The notes under the pieces were generated by a model. It ran no database searches. It was not told the origin of the DNA and worked only from the letters and a program-made list of their open reading frames with translations. The position numbers and the translations under genes are program-made. A DNA stretch of 64,000 nt from Chloroflexia bacterium (GTDB taxonomy: Bacteria > Chloroflexota > Chloroflexia > DTKN01): NCBI GenBank assembly GCA_034436115.1, contig DAOTVY010000045.1, positions 15,072 through 79,071 on the forward strand, given 5' to 3'. Below are positions 17,580-27,168 of this stretch, piece after piece. Numbering within the stretch: the stretch's first letter is position 1; each line of letters opens with the position of its first letter.

Positions 17580-18401
17580 ATGGAGCGTTCGGGGATCATC
17601 ACCTTGACCACCGACTTTGGCCTCGCCGACGGGTACGCCGCGGTGCTACACGGCGTCATCTGGAGCATCTTCCCGCAGGCGCGCATCGTCGACCTCAGCC
17701 ATGAGGTTCGACCGCAACAGGTGCTCCAGGGCGCTTACCTTCTCGCCAGCGCCTGGCGCTACTTCCCCCAGGGGACCGTACATCTGGCGGTGGTGGACCC
17801 GGGCGTGGGGACGGCACGGGCCGCAGTGGCGGTAGAGACGCCTCACGCCTTGTTTGTCGCTCCCGATAACGGCCTGCTGAGCGGGGTCTGGGAGGAGCTC
17901 GATGCGGCCGAACGGGCCGCGAGTCGCGTGGTGGAGTTGAGCGAACCCCGTTACTGGCTGCCTCATCCTAGCTCCACGTTTCATGGTCGCGATATCTTCG
18001 CTCCGGTCGCTGCCCATCTGGCGGCCGGCCTGCCTGTAGAAGCCCTCGGGCGGCCACGCGAGGGGCTGTTCATTCTGCCGGAGATCCGGCCACAAATCCT
18101 CGAGGACGGCACGCTCCTCGGGCGCGTTGTGCATATCGACCGATTCGGCAACGTGGTCAGCAACATCGGCGCGGAGATGCTGATCCAGTTCTTCCCCGGA
18201 GGACGCGTCCGCTGCCAGCTGGCCGGCCGCGAACTTTCCGGTCCGGTGCGCACGTACGCGGAAGGCCCGTTCGACGAGCCGTTCTTCCTGATCGGGAGCC
18301 ACAACCGGGTGGAAATCGCCATCCGCGATGGGAACGCAGCGCGGGTGCTCAACGTTTCCATCGGGGACCCCATCCGGTTGTACCCTCGGGGACGTTTGTG
18401 A
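17580..18401 (+). CDS. SAM hydroxide adenosyltransferase / SAM hydrolase family protein (DUF62)
   Basis: 273 aa. IITLTTDFGLADGYAAVLHGVI...HLAVVDPGVGT...FHGRDIFAPVAA motifs typical of the SalL/fluorinase-like DUF62 family. Confidence 0.65.
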   Translation: MERSGIITLTTDFGLADGYAAVLHGVIWSIFPQARIVDLSHEVRPQQVLQGAYLLASAWRYFPQGTVHLAVVDPGVGTARAAVAVETPHALFVAPDNGLLSGVWEELDAAERAASRVVELSEPRYWLPHPSSTFHGRDIFAPVAAHLAAGLPVEALGRPREGLFILPEIRPQILEDGTLLGRVVHIDRFGNVVSNIGAEMLIQFFPGGRVRCQLAGRELSGPVRTYAEGPFDEPFFLIGSHNRVEIAIRDGNAARVLNVSIGDPIRLYPRGRL

Positions 18402-18415
18402 AGAAAGGGGCGAAC

Positions 18416-18444
18416 TTGCGAAAAGCGCGGGAAGACGTTATAAT
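18416..18444 (+). promoter_or_regulatory. Promoter TTGCGA-N17-TATAAT upstream of the FmdB-like zinc-ribbon gene
   Basis: Hexamers with 17-nt spacing, about 50 nt upstream of the 18497 start. Confidence 0.4.
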
Positions 18445-18496
18445 TAGGGGTTGCGCCGGCCGGGACCGGTAGAACGTTGGTGGGAGAGTTGAAGCG

Positions 18497-18748
18497 ATGC
18501 CGACCTATGTGTATCGTTGCCAGGAATGCCAACAACAGATCGAAGCGGTGCAGCGCTTCAGCGACCTGCCTTTGAGCGTGTGTCCGCACTGCGGGGGGAG
18601 CCTGCAGCGGATGCTCTTCCCGCCTGCCATCATCTTTAAAGGATCCGGTTGGTATTGCACCGACTACGGCAGATCCTCACCGGGCAACGGCTCTTCCGCC
18701 GAGGCGGTGACCAGTAAGCAGAGCGAGAAGAAGGAGAAGGAGGACTAG
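18497..18748 (+). CDS. FmdB-family zinc-ribbon protein
   Basis: MPTYVYRCQECQQ...CPHCGG; two CxxC pairs and the N-terminal YxYRC signature of the FmdB family. Confidence 0.6.
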   Translation: MPTYVYRCQECQQQIEAVQRFSDLPLSVCPHCGGSLQRMLFPPAIIFKGSGWYCTDYGRSSPGNGSSAEAVTSKQSEKKEKED

Positions 18749-18981
18749 GGGGACGCTTCTCCCGGACCTCCTGCGGCTCAAGAGGGTTGGTATGGACCTC
18801 GGGGAGCACCCCGTGGGTCGTCGGTGGGGACCGTCTCTTCCACGGGGACCTAGCCGATCGGGGTCGCAAGTCGCCGCCTGTGTGTGTCCGGGGGGACATC
18901 GGGCCTGAAGCAGGTATCTTCTGGCCTGGTGTCCCCTTCCTGTCGTGAGCTTCTTTCCTCAACCGGACACAGGAGGTATCC

Positions 18982-20457
18982 ATGCCCTTACGAATCTACA
19001 ATAGCCTGACCCGTCGCCTGGAGGAGTTTGTCCCCCTGCACGAAGGGATGGTCGGCATCTACGTATGCGGGCCGACGGTGTACGATGATCCACACATCGG
19101 ACACGCGAAAAGCTACATCTCCTTCGATGTCGTCGTACGGTACCTGCGCTACCTGGGATATCGTGTGCGTTACGTTCAGAACATCACGGATGTCGGTCAC
19201 CTGACCGACAACGCCGATGCGGGCGAGGACAAGATCCTGCGCAAGGCCGCGCTCACCCGCCTGGAGCCGATGGAGATCGTGGAAACGTACACCCGCAGCT
19301 ACTTCGAAGATATGGATGCGCTAAGGGTGGTGCGCCCGAGTATCTCTCCCCGCGCAAGTGGGCACATCATCGAGCAGATCGAGCTGACCCGCACGCTGCT
19401 GGAAAAAGGCCACGCGTACGAGGTGAACGGCTCGGTGTACTTCTCCGTGGAGACCTATCCCGAGTACGGGAAGCTCTCCGGGCGCCGGGTGGAGGAGCTC
19501 CTGGAGGCGGTGCGCATCGAACCCAACCCGGAGAAGCGGCATCCGGCGGACTTTGCCTTGTGGAAACGGGCCGAGCCAGGACACATCCTGCGCTGGCCGA
19601 GCCCGTGGGGATGGGGATTCCCCGGTTGGCATACCGAGTGCTCGGCCATGGCTATGAAGTACATCGGGGAAACGCTGGACATCCACGGCGGTGGTCTGGA
19701 GAACCAGTTCCCACACCACGAGAGCGAGATCGCCCAGTCGGAAGCCGCCACCGGCAAGCCGTTTGTGCGCTACTTCATGCACAACAACATGGTCACGGTC
19801 GACGGTGTCAAGATGGGCAAGTCGCTGGGGAACTTTATCACCCTCAAGCAGGCCTTCCGGGGAGAGCATCCGCGCCTCTCCCGCCCTTATTCTCCCCTGG
19901 CGATCCGCTTTTTTGTGCTCAGCAGCCATTACCGCAGCCCGCTGGATTTCAGCGATGCAGCGCTTCAGGCGGCCGAACGCGGCCTGGCACGGCTCCACGA
20001 CGCCGTGCGCCGGGTGCGGGAGCGGCTGCCCGGGGCCGAGGACGGAGCAGCGGATCCCGATGTCGAACAACGGCTCGCGGGCTACCGGGCCCGCTTCCTC
20101 GAGGCAATGGACGACGATTTCAACACCCCGGTTGCCCTTTCTGTTCTCTTTGACGTGGTCCGCGACAGCAACGCTTGCCTGGAGGCGGGTGCAGCCACGC
20201 AGGGGACGCTTCTGGCCTACGATGCGCTTTACCGGGAATTGGGGGATGGGATCCTGGGCCTGATCCCCGAGGACCTGGGAGGATCCGGGCCGGCCGGGCT
20301 GGCCGAAGAGCTGCTGCGCATCCTGATCGAGCTACGCGCTTCGTACCGGGCCCAGAAGGATTGGGAGCGCGCGGATGCCATCCGCAGCCGGCTGGCCCAG
20401 ATCGGCATCGCCCTGGAGGACGGCCCCGAGGGGACCCGATGGCGCCTGGCACGCTAG
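18982..20457 (+). CDS. cysS: Cysteinyl-tRNA synthetase
   Basis: 491 aa. Class I HIGH (PHIGHAKS) and KMSKS-like (KMGKSLGN) motifs. Overall CysS-like sequence with an AGGAGG RBS. Confidence 0.9.
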   Translation: MPLRIYNSLTRRLEEFVPLHEGMVGIYVCGPTVYDDPHIGHAKSYISFDVVVRYLRYLGYRVRYVQNITDVGHLTDNADAGEDKILRKAALTRLEPMEIVETYTRSYFEDMDALRVVRPSISPRASGHIIEQIELTRTLLEKGHAYEVNGSVYFSVETYPEYGKLSGRRVEELLEAVRIEPNPEKRHPADFALWKRAEPGHILRWPSPWGWGFPGWHTECSAMAMKYIGETLDIHGGGLENQFPHHESEIAQSEAATGKPFVRYFMHNNMVTVDGVKMGKSLGNFITLKQAFRGEHPRLSRPYSPLAIRFFVLSSHYRSPLDFSDAALQAAERGLARLHDAVRRVRERLPGAEDGAADPDVEQRLAGYRARFLEAMDDDFNTPVALSVLFDVVRDSNACLEAGAATQGTLLAYDALYRELGDGILGLIPEDLGGSGPAGLAEELLRILIELRASYRAQKDWERADAIRSRLAQIGIALEDGPEGTRWRLAR

Positions 20458-21251
20458 GGCAAACGCTCTATGGCCGCAATGCGGTACGCGAGGCGCTCCG
20501 CGCTGGCCGCCGTACCCTATACCGGCTACTCCTTGCGGAGGGGATTGGACGGGAGACGGTGATCCAGGAGCTTTGCCGATTGGCCCGCGAGCGTGGTTGC
20601 CCGGTGGAGGAACTTCCCCGTGAAACCGTTGCCCGAATGGCCCGCTCGCGCGAGCATCAGGGCGTAGCTCTGGAGGTTGGGCCTTATCCCTACGTGGAAT
20701 TCGAGGAAATCCTGGCCCGCGCGCAAAAGGCCGGAAACCAGGCGGTCGTGCTCGTCCTGGATCGGGTCCAGGATCCCCAGAACCTGGGGACGCTCCTTCG
20801 CACCGCTGAGGCGGTGGCCGTGCAGGGGGTGCTCCTCCCGGAACACGGGGCGGCTCAGGTCACGCCCGCTGTGGTCAAGGCTTCGGCCGGGGCCGTCGAG
20901 CACTTGGCCATCGCTCGCGTGACGAACCTGGCACGCGCCCTGGCGGCACTGCAGGAAGCTGGCCTTTGGGCGATCGGCCTGGAAGCGGATGCCGCTGCGC
21001 CCCTCTACACGGAACTAGATTGGGACCGCCCGGTCGCTTTGGTGGTGGGGAGCGAAGGGTTCGGCCTGCGCCGCCTCCTGCGCGGACGGTGCGACAGTCT
21101 GGCCCGGCTTCCGATGCGCGGGCGGCTCTCTTCCCTGAACGCTGCCGTGGCGGGCTCGGTGGTCCTTTACGAAATCTGGCGCTCCCGGGAGGCCGCATAC
21201 CGGTCCGGACAGGCGGCCGCGATGGAGCGAGCTCCTTGGAGGAACGATTGA
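20439..21251 (+). CDS. rlmB: SpoU/TrmH-family RNA 2'-O-methyltransferase (RlmB-like)
   Basis: [20 protein letters not shown]... N-terminal substrate-binding domain, then LDRVQDPQNLGTLLRTAEA and SLNAAVAGSVVLYE SPOUT motifs. The start overlaps the cysS stop by 19 nt. Confidence 0.7.
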   Translation: MAPGTLGQTLYGRNAVREALRAGRRTLYRLLLAEGIGRETVIQELCRLARERGCPVEELPRETVARMARSREHQGVALEVGPYPYVEFEEILARAQKAGNQAVVLVLDRVQDPQNLGTLLRTAEAVAVQGVLLPEHGAAQVTPAVVKASAGAVEHLAIARVTNLARALAALQEAGLWAIGLEADAAAPLYTELDWDRPVALVVGSEGFGLRRLLRGRCDSLARLPMRGRLSSLNAAVAGSVVLYEIWRSREAAYRSGQAAAMERAPWRND

Positions 21252-22330
21252 CGGTTCAGGGACGGAAACAGCGGTTTTCCCCCCTCCCCTGGCTACGCCG
21301 CACGAGCGAGACGGAGGAGGCGGAACGCGAATTGCTCAGGGAGCTCATCCTTTCCTCCCCTTGGGGGATCGCTCACGAAACGCTCATCCACTACTACATT
21401 TCTGCCAAAAGCTGGCCGGTCACCCTGCTGGTGGGAGCGCAGGCAGTGGACTGCCGCCGCTGTTTTGACTTCCTCGCCCGCGCCATCGCCGGCTGTTGCG
21501 AGGGACAGGTATGCGTGCTCTCCGCTCGCCCCTCCGGCGATGGCCGAATACGAAGCCTTCCCCCGGATGGAATCCGGGAGCGCTACTACCGCATGGGGCT
21601 GCTGGACCTATGGGCGGAGGCCAACACGCCCGGGAACGAGGGGCGTGCCTATCTGGTGTGTCTGGACGATGTCACCACGCCCGAGCTCCTGGCCTACCTG
21701 CACGCTTGGGGCCTCTTGCGCACGGAGGACTATGGGCCGCCGTGGCCGCCCAACCTCCTGTTGAGCGCGATCGTGCCCTCTGTGGAGCTGCCACAGGATA
21801 TCGCCCCCGGCTTGCTTGCGCGGTTGGGCGTCGTGGAAATCCCCGTTTCGCCCGGGCCGGCTGAGGACACCCGCTCCCCTCGCTGCCCTCCAGTAGGGTG
21901 GCAGCGCGCGATGCTGCGCACCATGGTGCGGGAGCCGGCGGCCGCCGCCCAGCGACTGGACAGCTTGCGCCTCCTTCCCGCCCTGAGGCGCCTGCTGAGC
22001 AGCACCCGCCCACTCTACTCCCTCGCAGAGGGGGACATCCTAGAAGCCGGGATCGTTGTTTACGCGGCGAATAGCTTTGCCGTCGACGGGCAGGGCCTGC
22101 TCGACCTTTCGCCCGAGGGGAACCTGCGCGAAGCGATCGACCTGCAGTTGGCTCAGCGTGTGCTGCCCTACCTGAAGATGCGGTGCCCGGGGGCGCTGGA
22201 TTGGGCGGAATGGGCAGAGCGCCTCGCCGGCCTCTTCCCGCGCGCTCGCACCCGGGCGTACCGGTTCCATCTCGAAGCCCTGCGAGCCGAACGCAGCGAG
22301 GCGTACGGGCCACCATCTGCCCACACGTAA
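21248..22330 (+). CDS. Hypothetical protein (~360 aa), family not recognised
   Basis: Long ORF in a gene-dense region. Candidate TTG start overlaps the rlmB stop (TTGA). No recognisable motifs. Confidence 0.35.
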   Translation: MTVQGRKQRFSPLPWLRRTSETEEAERELLRELILSSPWGIAHETLIHYYISAKSWPVTLLVGAQAVDCRRCFDFLARAIAGCCEGQVCVLSARPSGDGRIRSLPPDGIRERYYRMGLLDLWAEANTPGNEGRAYLVCLDDVTTPELLAYLHAWGLLRTEDYGPPWPPNLLLSAIVPSVELPQDIAPGLLARLGVVEIPVSPGPAEDTRSPRCPPVGWQRAMLRTMVREPAAAAQRLDSLRLLPALRRLLSSTRPLYSLAEGDILEAGIVVYAANSFAVDGQGLLDLSPEGNLREAIDLQLAQRVLPYLKMRCPGALDWAEWAERLAGLFPRARTRAYRFHLEALRAERSEAYGPPSAHT

Positions 22331-22341
22331 AGGAGAAGGCT

Positions 22342-23412
22342 ATGAAAGCGATCATCCTTTGTGCTGGACGCGGGACCCGATTGCGGCCGCTGACGTTCAG
22401 TAACGCCAAGCACCTGATCCCGATCGCGAACAAGCCGGTGATGCTCTACGGCCTGGAAGCGATCGTGGAGGCTGGAATCACGGAGATCGGCGTCATCGTT
22501 GGGGAAAACCGAAGCGATTTCGTCCGCGAACTAGGGGACGGCGAAAAGTGGGGGGTCCAGATCACCTACATCCTGCAGGAAGAACCCCGCGGCCTGGCCC
22601 ACGCAGCCAAGGTGGCCCAGCCCTTTGTACTGGACGAGCCGTTCCTCATGTACCTGGGGGACAACCTGTTCCAGCACGGCCTGAAGGAAGCGGTCAAGCT
22701 GTTCCAGCTCCACCGGCCCCAGGCCATGACGTTCCTGTGCGAAGTAGCCGACCCGCGCGCCTATGGAGTGGCGGAACTGGATGGGGACCGGGTTGTGCGT
22801 GTGGTGGAAAAACCGGAAGTCCCGCGAAGCCGGTGGGCGCTGGCCGGCGTCTACCTCTTTGAGCCGGTCGTGTTCGAGGTGATCGATCAGCTGAAGCCTT
22901 CCCGGCGCGGTGAGTACGAGATCACGGACGCCATCCAGGGGCTGATCGAGCGTGGCGCGAAAGTGCTCCCCTACTTCGTCCAGGGCTGGTGGGTGGATGC
23001 TGGGAACGCCGCGGATATGCTCCGCGCAAATCGGCTGATCCTCCGCGACATCGAGACGCGCATCGGAGAGCATACCTCCGTGGACTCGCGTTCGGAGATC
23101 GTGGGAGATGTGATCCTCGAGGACGGCGTGCACATTGTCAACAGCACCGTGCGCGGGCCGGCCATCATCGGGGCCAATAGCCAAATCTCCGACTCCTTCA
23201 TCGGCCCCTTTACCTCCGTTGGGCGCGATGTGCGGATCGAGCGCAGCGAGATCGAACACAGCATCATCATGGACGGGTGCACGATCTGCAACATCGAAGG
23301 CCGGATCGACGATAGCATCTTCGGGCGAAACATCACCCTCCTGCGGGCCGATAGCCATCCCAAGGTGCACAAGTTCCTCCTCGCCGACAACAGCCAGGTG
23401 CGCCTCGTCTAG
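22342..23412 (+). CDS. Sugar-phosphate nucleotidyltransferase, long-form glucose-1-phosphate thymidylyltransferase-like, with C-terminal left-handed beta-helix
   Basis: MKAIILCAGRGTRLRPLTFSNAKHLIPIANKPVMLY (G-x-G-x-R-L signature). C-terminal hexapeptide repeats. AAGGAGAAGG RBS. Confidence 0.75.
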   Translation: MKAIILCAGRGTRLRPLTFSNAKHLIPIANKPVMLYGLEAIVEAGITEIGVIVGENRSDFVRELGDGEKWGVQITYILQEEPRGLAHAAKVAQPFVLDEPFLMYLGDNLFQHGLKEAVKLFQLHRPQAMTFLCEVADPRAYGVAELDGDRVVRVVEKPEVPRSRWALAGVYLFEPVVFEVIDQLKPSRRGEYEITDAIQGLIERGAKVLPYFVQGWWVDAGNAADMLRANRLILRDIETRIGEHTSVDSRSEIVGDVILEDGVHIVNSTVRGPAIIGANSQISDSFIGPFTSVGRDVRIERSEIEHSIIMDGCTICNIEGRIDDSIFGRNITLLRADSHPKVHKFLLADNSQVRLV

Positions 23413-23426
23413 CGCCTGCCGGTGCC

Positions 23427-23456
23427 CTCCGGCCGCGCGCCCGTGCGCGGCCGGAG
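23427..23456 (+). terminator. Intrinsic terminator-like hairpin (12-bp perfect stem CTCCGGCCGCGC / GCGCGGCCGGAG, 6-nt loop) followed by a T-rich tract
   Basis: Read directly, 15 nt after the stop of the nucleotidyltransferase gene. Confidence 0.45.
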
Positions 23457-23576
23457 CGGCTGTTGTCTTCCCACATCCGAGCGTACTTTGTGACCTGCCT
23501 CACTTGACGGAAGGCCGCCCCAGGCCTAAAATAGCAACTTGCGTTGATATAAGCAGCCGTGACAGGAGGCCTATCC

Positions 23577-25043
23577 ATGCCGATCGTATCCATAGCGCTT
23601 CGTCTGCTGCAGGGCGGGCTGGGGAACCTGGCCGCTTACCTGGCTGCCCATGTCCTGCTCTGCCTGGTGCCAGCCTTCTTCATTGCCGGCGGACTAGCGG
23701 CGCTGATCCCACGGGAGGCGATCACCCGTTTCCTGGGCAAGGACGCGCCCAAGTACATCTCTTACCCGGCGGCGGCGCTGGCTGGCTCGGTGCTCGCCGT
23801 CTGCTCGTGTACGATCGTTCCCCTCTTCGCGGGCATCCGCAAGAAGGGCGCCGGGCTAGGGCCGGCGATCACCTTCCTCTTCTTTGCCCCGGCCTCCAAT
23901 GTCCTGGCCCTGGCCTACACTGGGGTGGTGATCGGGCTGGATCTGGCCATCGCGCGCCTCGTTCTCTCCCTGGCCTTTGGAATCGGCATCGGGATGATCA
24001 TGGCGCTCATCTTCTGGCGCTCGGAACGGCTGGAGGCAAATGGGAACAACGGTGGTTTCCTGGCCCAGGGGGCCAAAGTACCGCGGGCCCGGGTCGCTTT
24101 CCTGCTCCTGCTGGTCGCCCTGCTGCTTTCCGGAACTTTCAAGATTGGCCTGCTCACGAACCGCTATCTCGTGGTGGACCTGCCCATCGCCGGGCTGGAC
24201 CGCTTCCAGGCCTTCCTCGACCGCCTGGTGCCCTACGACCCCAGCAAGGGGGAGGAAGGCGTTACAGTACAGGGAGCGATGTTGATCGGACTGCTCGTGC
24301 TGATCGGGCTTGCGGCCTGGCCTGGACTGAACCAGGTGTACCTGGGGCGCAACCGGTGGACGGGAGTTACACTGGCCCTGGTTGTGCTCACTCTCCTCTT
24401 CGCCGCGCTCGGGTGGACCGTGCACCCCAACGGCGTACAACTCGCTCTGACGGGCAGGTTCTTTGGCGTAGTGCTCTTCACCGGGGCACTGACTTATGTT
24501 GGGCGCCGTTTCCTGAGCGGTGAAGAAATCGAGGAGTGGCTCTGGGAATCTTGGCGCTTTGTCAAGCAGATCTTCCCGCTGCTTCTCGTGGGTGTCTTCG
24601 TGGTCGGGGTCATCCGCGGCCTGATCCGCCCGGAGTGGATCGAGTACCTGGCCGGGAAAAACACCCTCCTGGGCAACCTGGCCGGTGTGGCTTTCGGCGT
24701 CTTCATGTACTTCCCCACGCTGGTGGAAGTCCCGATCGCGAATATGTTCCTGGGCCTGGGGATGCACCGCGGGCCGCTGCTCGCCTACCTGATGGCCGAT
24801 CCGGAGCTCAGTTTGCAGAGCATCCTGGTCGTTTCGCGGATCATCGGCCGGCTGAAGGCCTGGGTCTACGTGGGCTGGGTCGCCCTCTTTAGCACGCTTG
24901 CCGGGCTGCTCTACGGAGCCTGGATCGACGGCACGCCGATCGGTCTGATCGTGCTCTACCTGGCCGCGTTCTTGGCTTTGCTCGCTTTCGGGTTGTGGCG
25001 GGTGGACCGGCGCAAACAGCGGATCCTGGCAGGCACCCGCTGA
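23577..25043 (+). CDS. Predicted permease (COG0701/DUF318-type, YraQ-like)
   Basis: About 488 aa, polytopic membrane protein. Family call by resemblance only. AGGAGG RBS before MPIVSIAL. Confidence 0.55.
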   Translation: MPIVSIALRLLQGGLGNLAAYLAAHVLLCLVPAFFIAGGLAALIPREAITRFLGKDAPKYISYPAAALAGSVLAVCSCTIVPLFAGIRKKGAGLGPAITFLFFAPASNVLALAYTGVVIGLDLAIARLVLSLAFGIGIGMIMALIFWRSERLEANGNNGGFLAQGAKVPRARVAFLLLLVALLLSGTFKIGLLTNRYLVVDLPIAGLDRFQAFLDRLVPYDPSKGEEGVTVQGAMLIGLLVLIGLAAWPGLNQVYLGRNRWTGVTLALVVLTLLFAALGWTVHPNGVQLALTGRFFGVVLFTGALTYVGRRFLSGEEIEEWLWESWRFVKQIFPLLLVGVFVVGVIRGLIRPEWIEYLAGKNTLLGNLAGVAFGVFMYFPTLVEVPIANMFLGLGMHRGPLLAYLMADPELSLQSILVVSRIIGRLKAWVYVGWVALFSTLAGLLYGAWIDGTPIGLIVLYLAAFLALLAFGLWRVDRRKQRILAGTR

Positions 25044-25059
25044 CCGGGCTCCGCGCGTC

Positions 25060-25088
25060 TTGACGCTCACGCGCGCGGATGGTATATT
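25060..25088 (+). promoter_or_regulatory. Promoter TTGACG-N17-TATATT upstream of nadD, flanked by a GC-rich inverted repeat (CCGCGCG...CGCGCGG)
   Basis: Hexamers with 17-nt spacing. Inverted repeat arms at 25048-25054 and 25072-25078. Confidence 0.35.
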
Positions 25089-25141
25089 GGCTTCCGCGCG
25101 CGTGGGCTTTTCCGGCAATCGAGCGACGGAGCATCGCTGCC

Positions 25142-25753
25142 ATGGGAGCGCAGGTCGGCGTCCTGGGAGGTACCTTCGACCCCGTCCACTACGGGCACCT
25201 GGCCATCGCCGAAGAGGCGCGGGCCTGCGTCCCGCTGGACATCGTGCTCTTCGTACCGGCACGTGTCCAACCGCTTCGCCAGGGGGAGCGGATCTCAGCA
25301 CCTGAACACCGGGCCGCGATGCTGGAACGGGCGATCTTGGGAAATCCGGCCTTTCGTCTCAGCCGCGTCGAATTCGAACGCCCCGGTCCCTCCTATACCG
25401 TCGATACGATCGCCCGGCTCCGCGAGCAGTATCCCCGGGGCACCGAGTTTTACTTCATCGCCGGCAGCGATGCGTTCGCCGAGCTGCCCCGCTGGAAAGA
25501 CCCGGAAAGGCTCATCACCCTTTGCCGCTTCGTCGTGTTTCCTCGCCCCGGAGACCCACACGACGTCCGCGAGCTCTTCCTCCAATTCCCCGGGCTGCGG
25601 GAGCGCACGATCTTCCTGGAGGGCCCGCGCCTGGACATCTCTGGAAGCGACCTGCGCCGCCGCGTGCGCCAGGGACGCCCGATCCGCTACCAGCTCCCGG
25701 ATGCCGTGGAGGAGTATATCCGCTCCCACCGGCTCTACACCGGTTCCGACTGA
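25142..25753 (+). CDS. nadD: Nicotinate-nucleotide adenylyltransferase
   Basis: VGVLGGTFDPVHYGH (HxGH nucleotidyltransferase motif). About 203 aa. Confidence 0.8.
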   Translation: MGAQVGVLGGTFDPVHYGHLAIAEEARACVPLDIVLFVPARVQPLRQGERISAPEHRAAMLERAILGNPAFRLSRVEFERPGPSYTVDTIARLREQYPRGTEFYFIAGSDAFAELPRWKDPERLITLCRFVVFPRPGDPHDVRELFLQFPGLRERTIFLEGPRLDISGSDLRRRVRQGRPIRYQLPDAVEEYIRSHRLYTGSD

Positions 25754-26946
25754 GCGGCTGACTCCCGAATGCGTTCTCCGAACGCGCGGCCGAATGCCAC
25801 CGCACGGGCACGTTCCTCCATCGAAGGCCGCCAGGCAAAAGCCAGCCCTTCCTGTACCACCTCGATGCCCGCTTCCTGCAGCGCTTTCTCGATCAGCGGC
25901 ACCGCCCCACCTCCCCAACCATGCGAGCCAAAGGCCGCCCCGATCTTGCGCACTGGCTTGAGGCCGATCAGATCCTCCAGGAGCGCGCTCACGTTCAGCA
26001 GCGGACGACGGTTGTGCGTCGCTGAGCCGATCGCAATTCCCCGCGCCTCGAGCAGGTGGCCAACCACCGTTGTGTGGTCCGTCTGCGGCACGGCAAAGAG
26101 CTGCACCTCCACCCCGCTTTGCTGAATTCCCTCCGCGATGGCGTGGGCCATTCGGGCCGTGCTTCCCCACATCGTCTCGTAGACGACGATCGCCCGCGCG
26201 GGTGCCTCTCCCCGTGCCCAGCGCAGGTACTGCTCTACAATCTGCCCGGCTTCTTTCCGCCAAATCACCCCGTGGCTGGGAGCGATCGTCTCGATGGTCA
26301 ACCCGAGCCGTTGCACCTCCTCGATCTTGCGCACGATCAGCGCGCTGAAAGGCGTGAGGATGTTCGCGAAATAGTTCCGGGCTTCTTCCCAAAGGACGGC
26401 AGGTTCGACCTCGTCGGCGAACCGGCAGCTCGAGGCCAGGTGCTGTCCAAAGGCGTCGTTGGGGAGAAGCAACCGGTCTTCCGGGATGTAGGTGAACATG
26501 GAATCCGGCCAATGGAGCATCGGAGCCTCAAGAAAGGTCAGCGTCTTATGGCCCAGAGGGATCGTATCCCCGGTGCCCACCACGCGGTGCGGCCACCCGT
26601 CGCCCAGGTATTTTCCGAGCGATTCGCTCGCCCGCTTGCTGTGCACCAAGACGGCGTTCGGTGCACGAGCCAGCACCGCCGGAATCGCTCCGGAGTGGTC
26701 CAGTTCGCTGTGGTTCGCCACCACATAGTCGATGCGCGATGGATCCACTACCTCTGAGATCCGCGCGAACATTTCCTCCTCAAACCCCGGCAGCACGGTG
26801 TCCACGAGCGCCACCCGCTCGTCGACGATCAGGTAAGCGTTGTACGAGGTCCCCCGGTGCGTGTGGTAGGTGTAGCCGTGAAAGTGGCGCACCTCCCAGT
26901 CCACCGCGCCCACCCAATAGACGCCCTCAGCAATCGTTACCGCCAT
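25735..26946 (-). CDS. Flavodiiron protein (FprA-type; metallo-beta-lactamase-like domain plus flavodoxin domain)
   Basis: 404 aa from MAVTIAEGVYWVGAVDWEVRHFHGYTYHTHRGTSYNAYLI. HSELDHSG di-iron ligand motif. C-terminal flavodoxin-like domain. AAGGAGG RBS. Confidence 0.8.
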   Translation of the reverse strand: MAVTIAEGVYWVGAVDWEVRHFHGYTYHTHRGTSYNAYLIVDERVALVDTVLPGFEEEMFARISEVVDPSRIDYVVANHSELDHSGAIPAVLARAPNAVLVHSKRASESLGKYLGDGWPHRVVGTGDTIPLGHKTLTFLEAPMLHWPDSMFTYIPEDRLLLPNDAFGQHLASSCRFADEVEPAVLWEEARNYFANILTPFSALIVRKIEEVQRLGLTIETIAPSHGVIWRKEAGQIVEQYLRWARGEAPARAIVVYETMWGSTARMAHAIAEGIQQSGVEVQLFAVPQTDHTTVVGHLLEARGIAIGSATHNRRPLLNVSALLEDLIGLKPVRKIGAAFGSHGWGGGAVPLIEKALQEAGIEVVQEGLAFAWRPSMEERARAVAFGRAFGERIRESAAQSEPV

Positions 26947-27168
26947 GACAAGCCTCCTTTGGCGTGACAGCCCGATCCAAGGCCAACGCTCCCCCAGAGG
27001 TGGCCAAGTCCTCTCCTCCATCCCGGGCCTTTTCTGCCCTGAACGGACAACAGGGATTGCAGTTCGGCTAGCAAAGCTGCCGACAATCCCCATTCCGTGG
27101 CCTGAAGGCCCGGCACGCGAACGGTGTCCCCGCGGATCGGTTTCCCGGGCAGAAAGGGGGCCGGCCGT

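Noticed and set aside
18760-18800. T-box riboswitch core upstream of cysS
   Set aside because: Only a loose resemblance to the T-box consensus, and the position is at the 5' end of the leader rather than adjacent to the terminator. Kept only as a low-confidence finding.
23856-25301. 481-aa minus-strand ORF over the permease and nadD; also 50165-52339 and 54146-55783 minus ORFs inside the S8 gene
   Set aside because: Antisense artefacts. The sense genes have clear family signatures.
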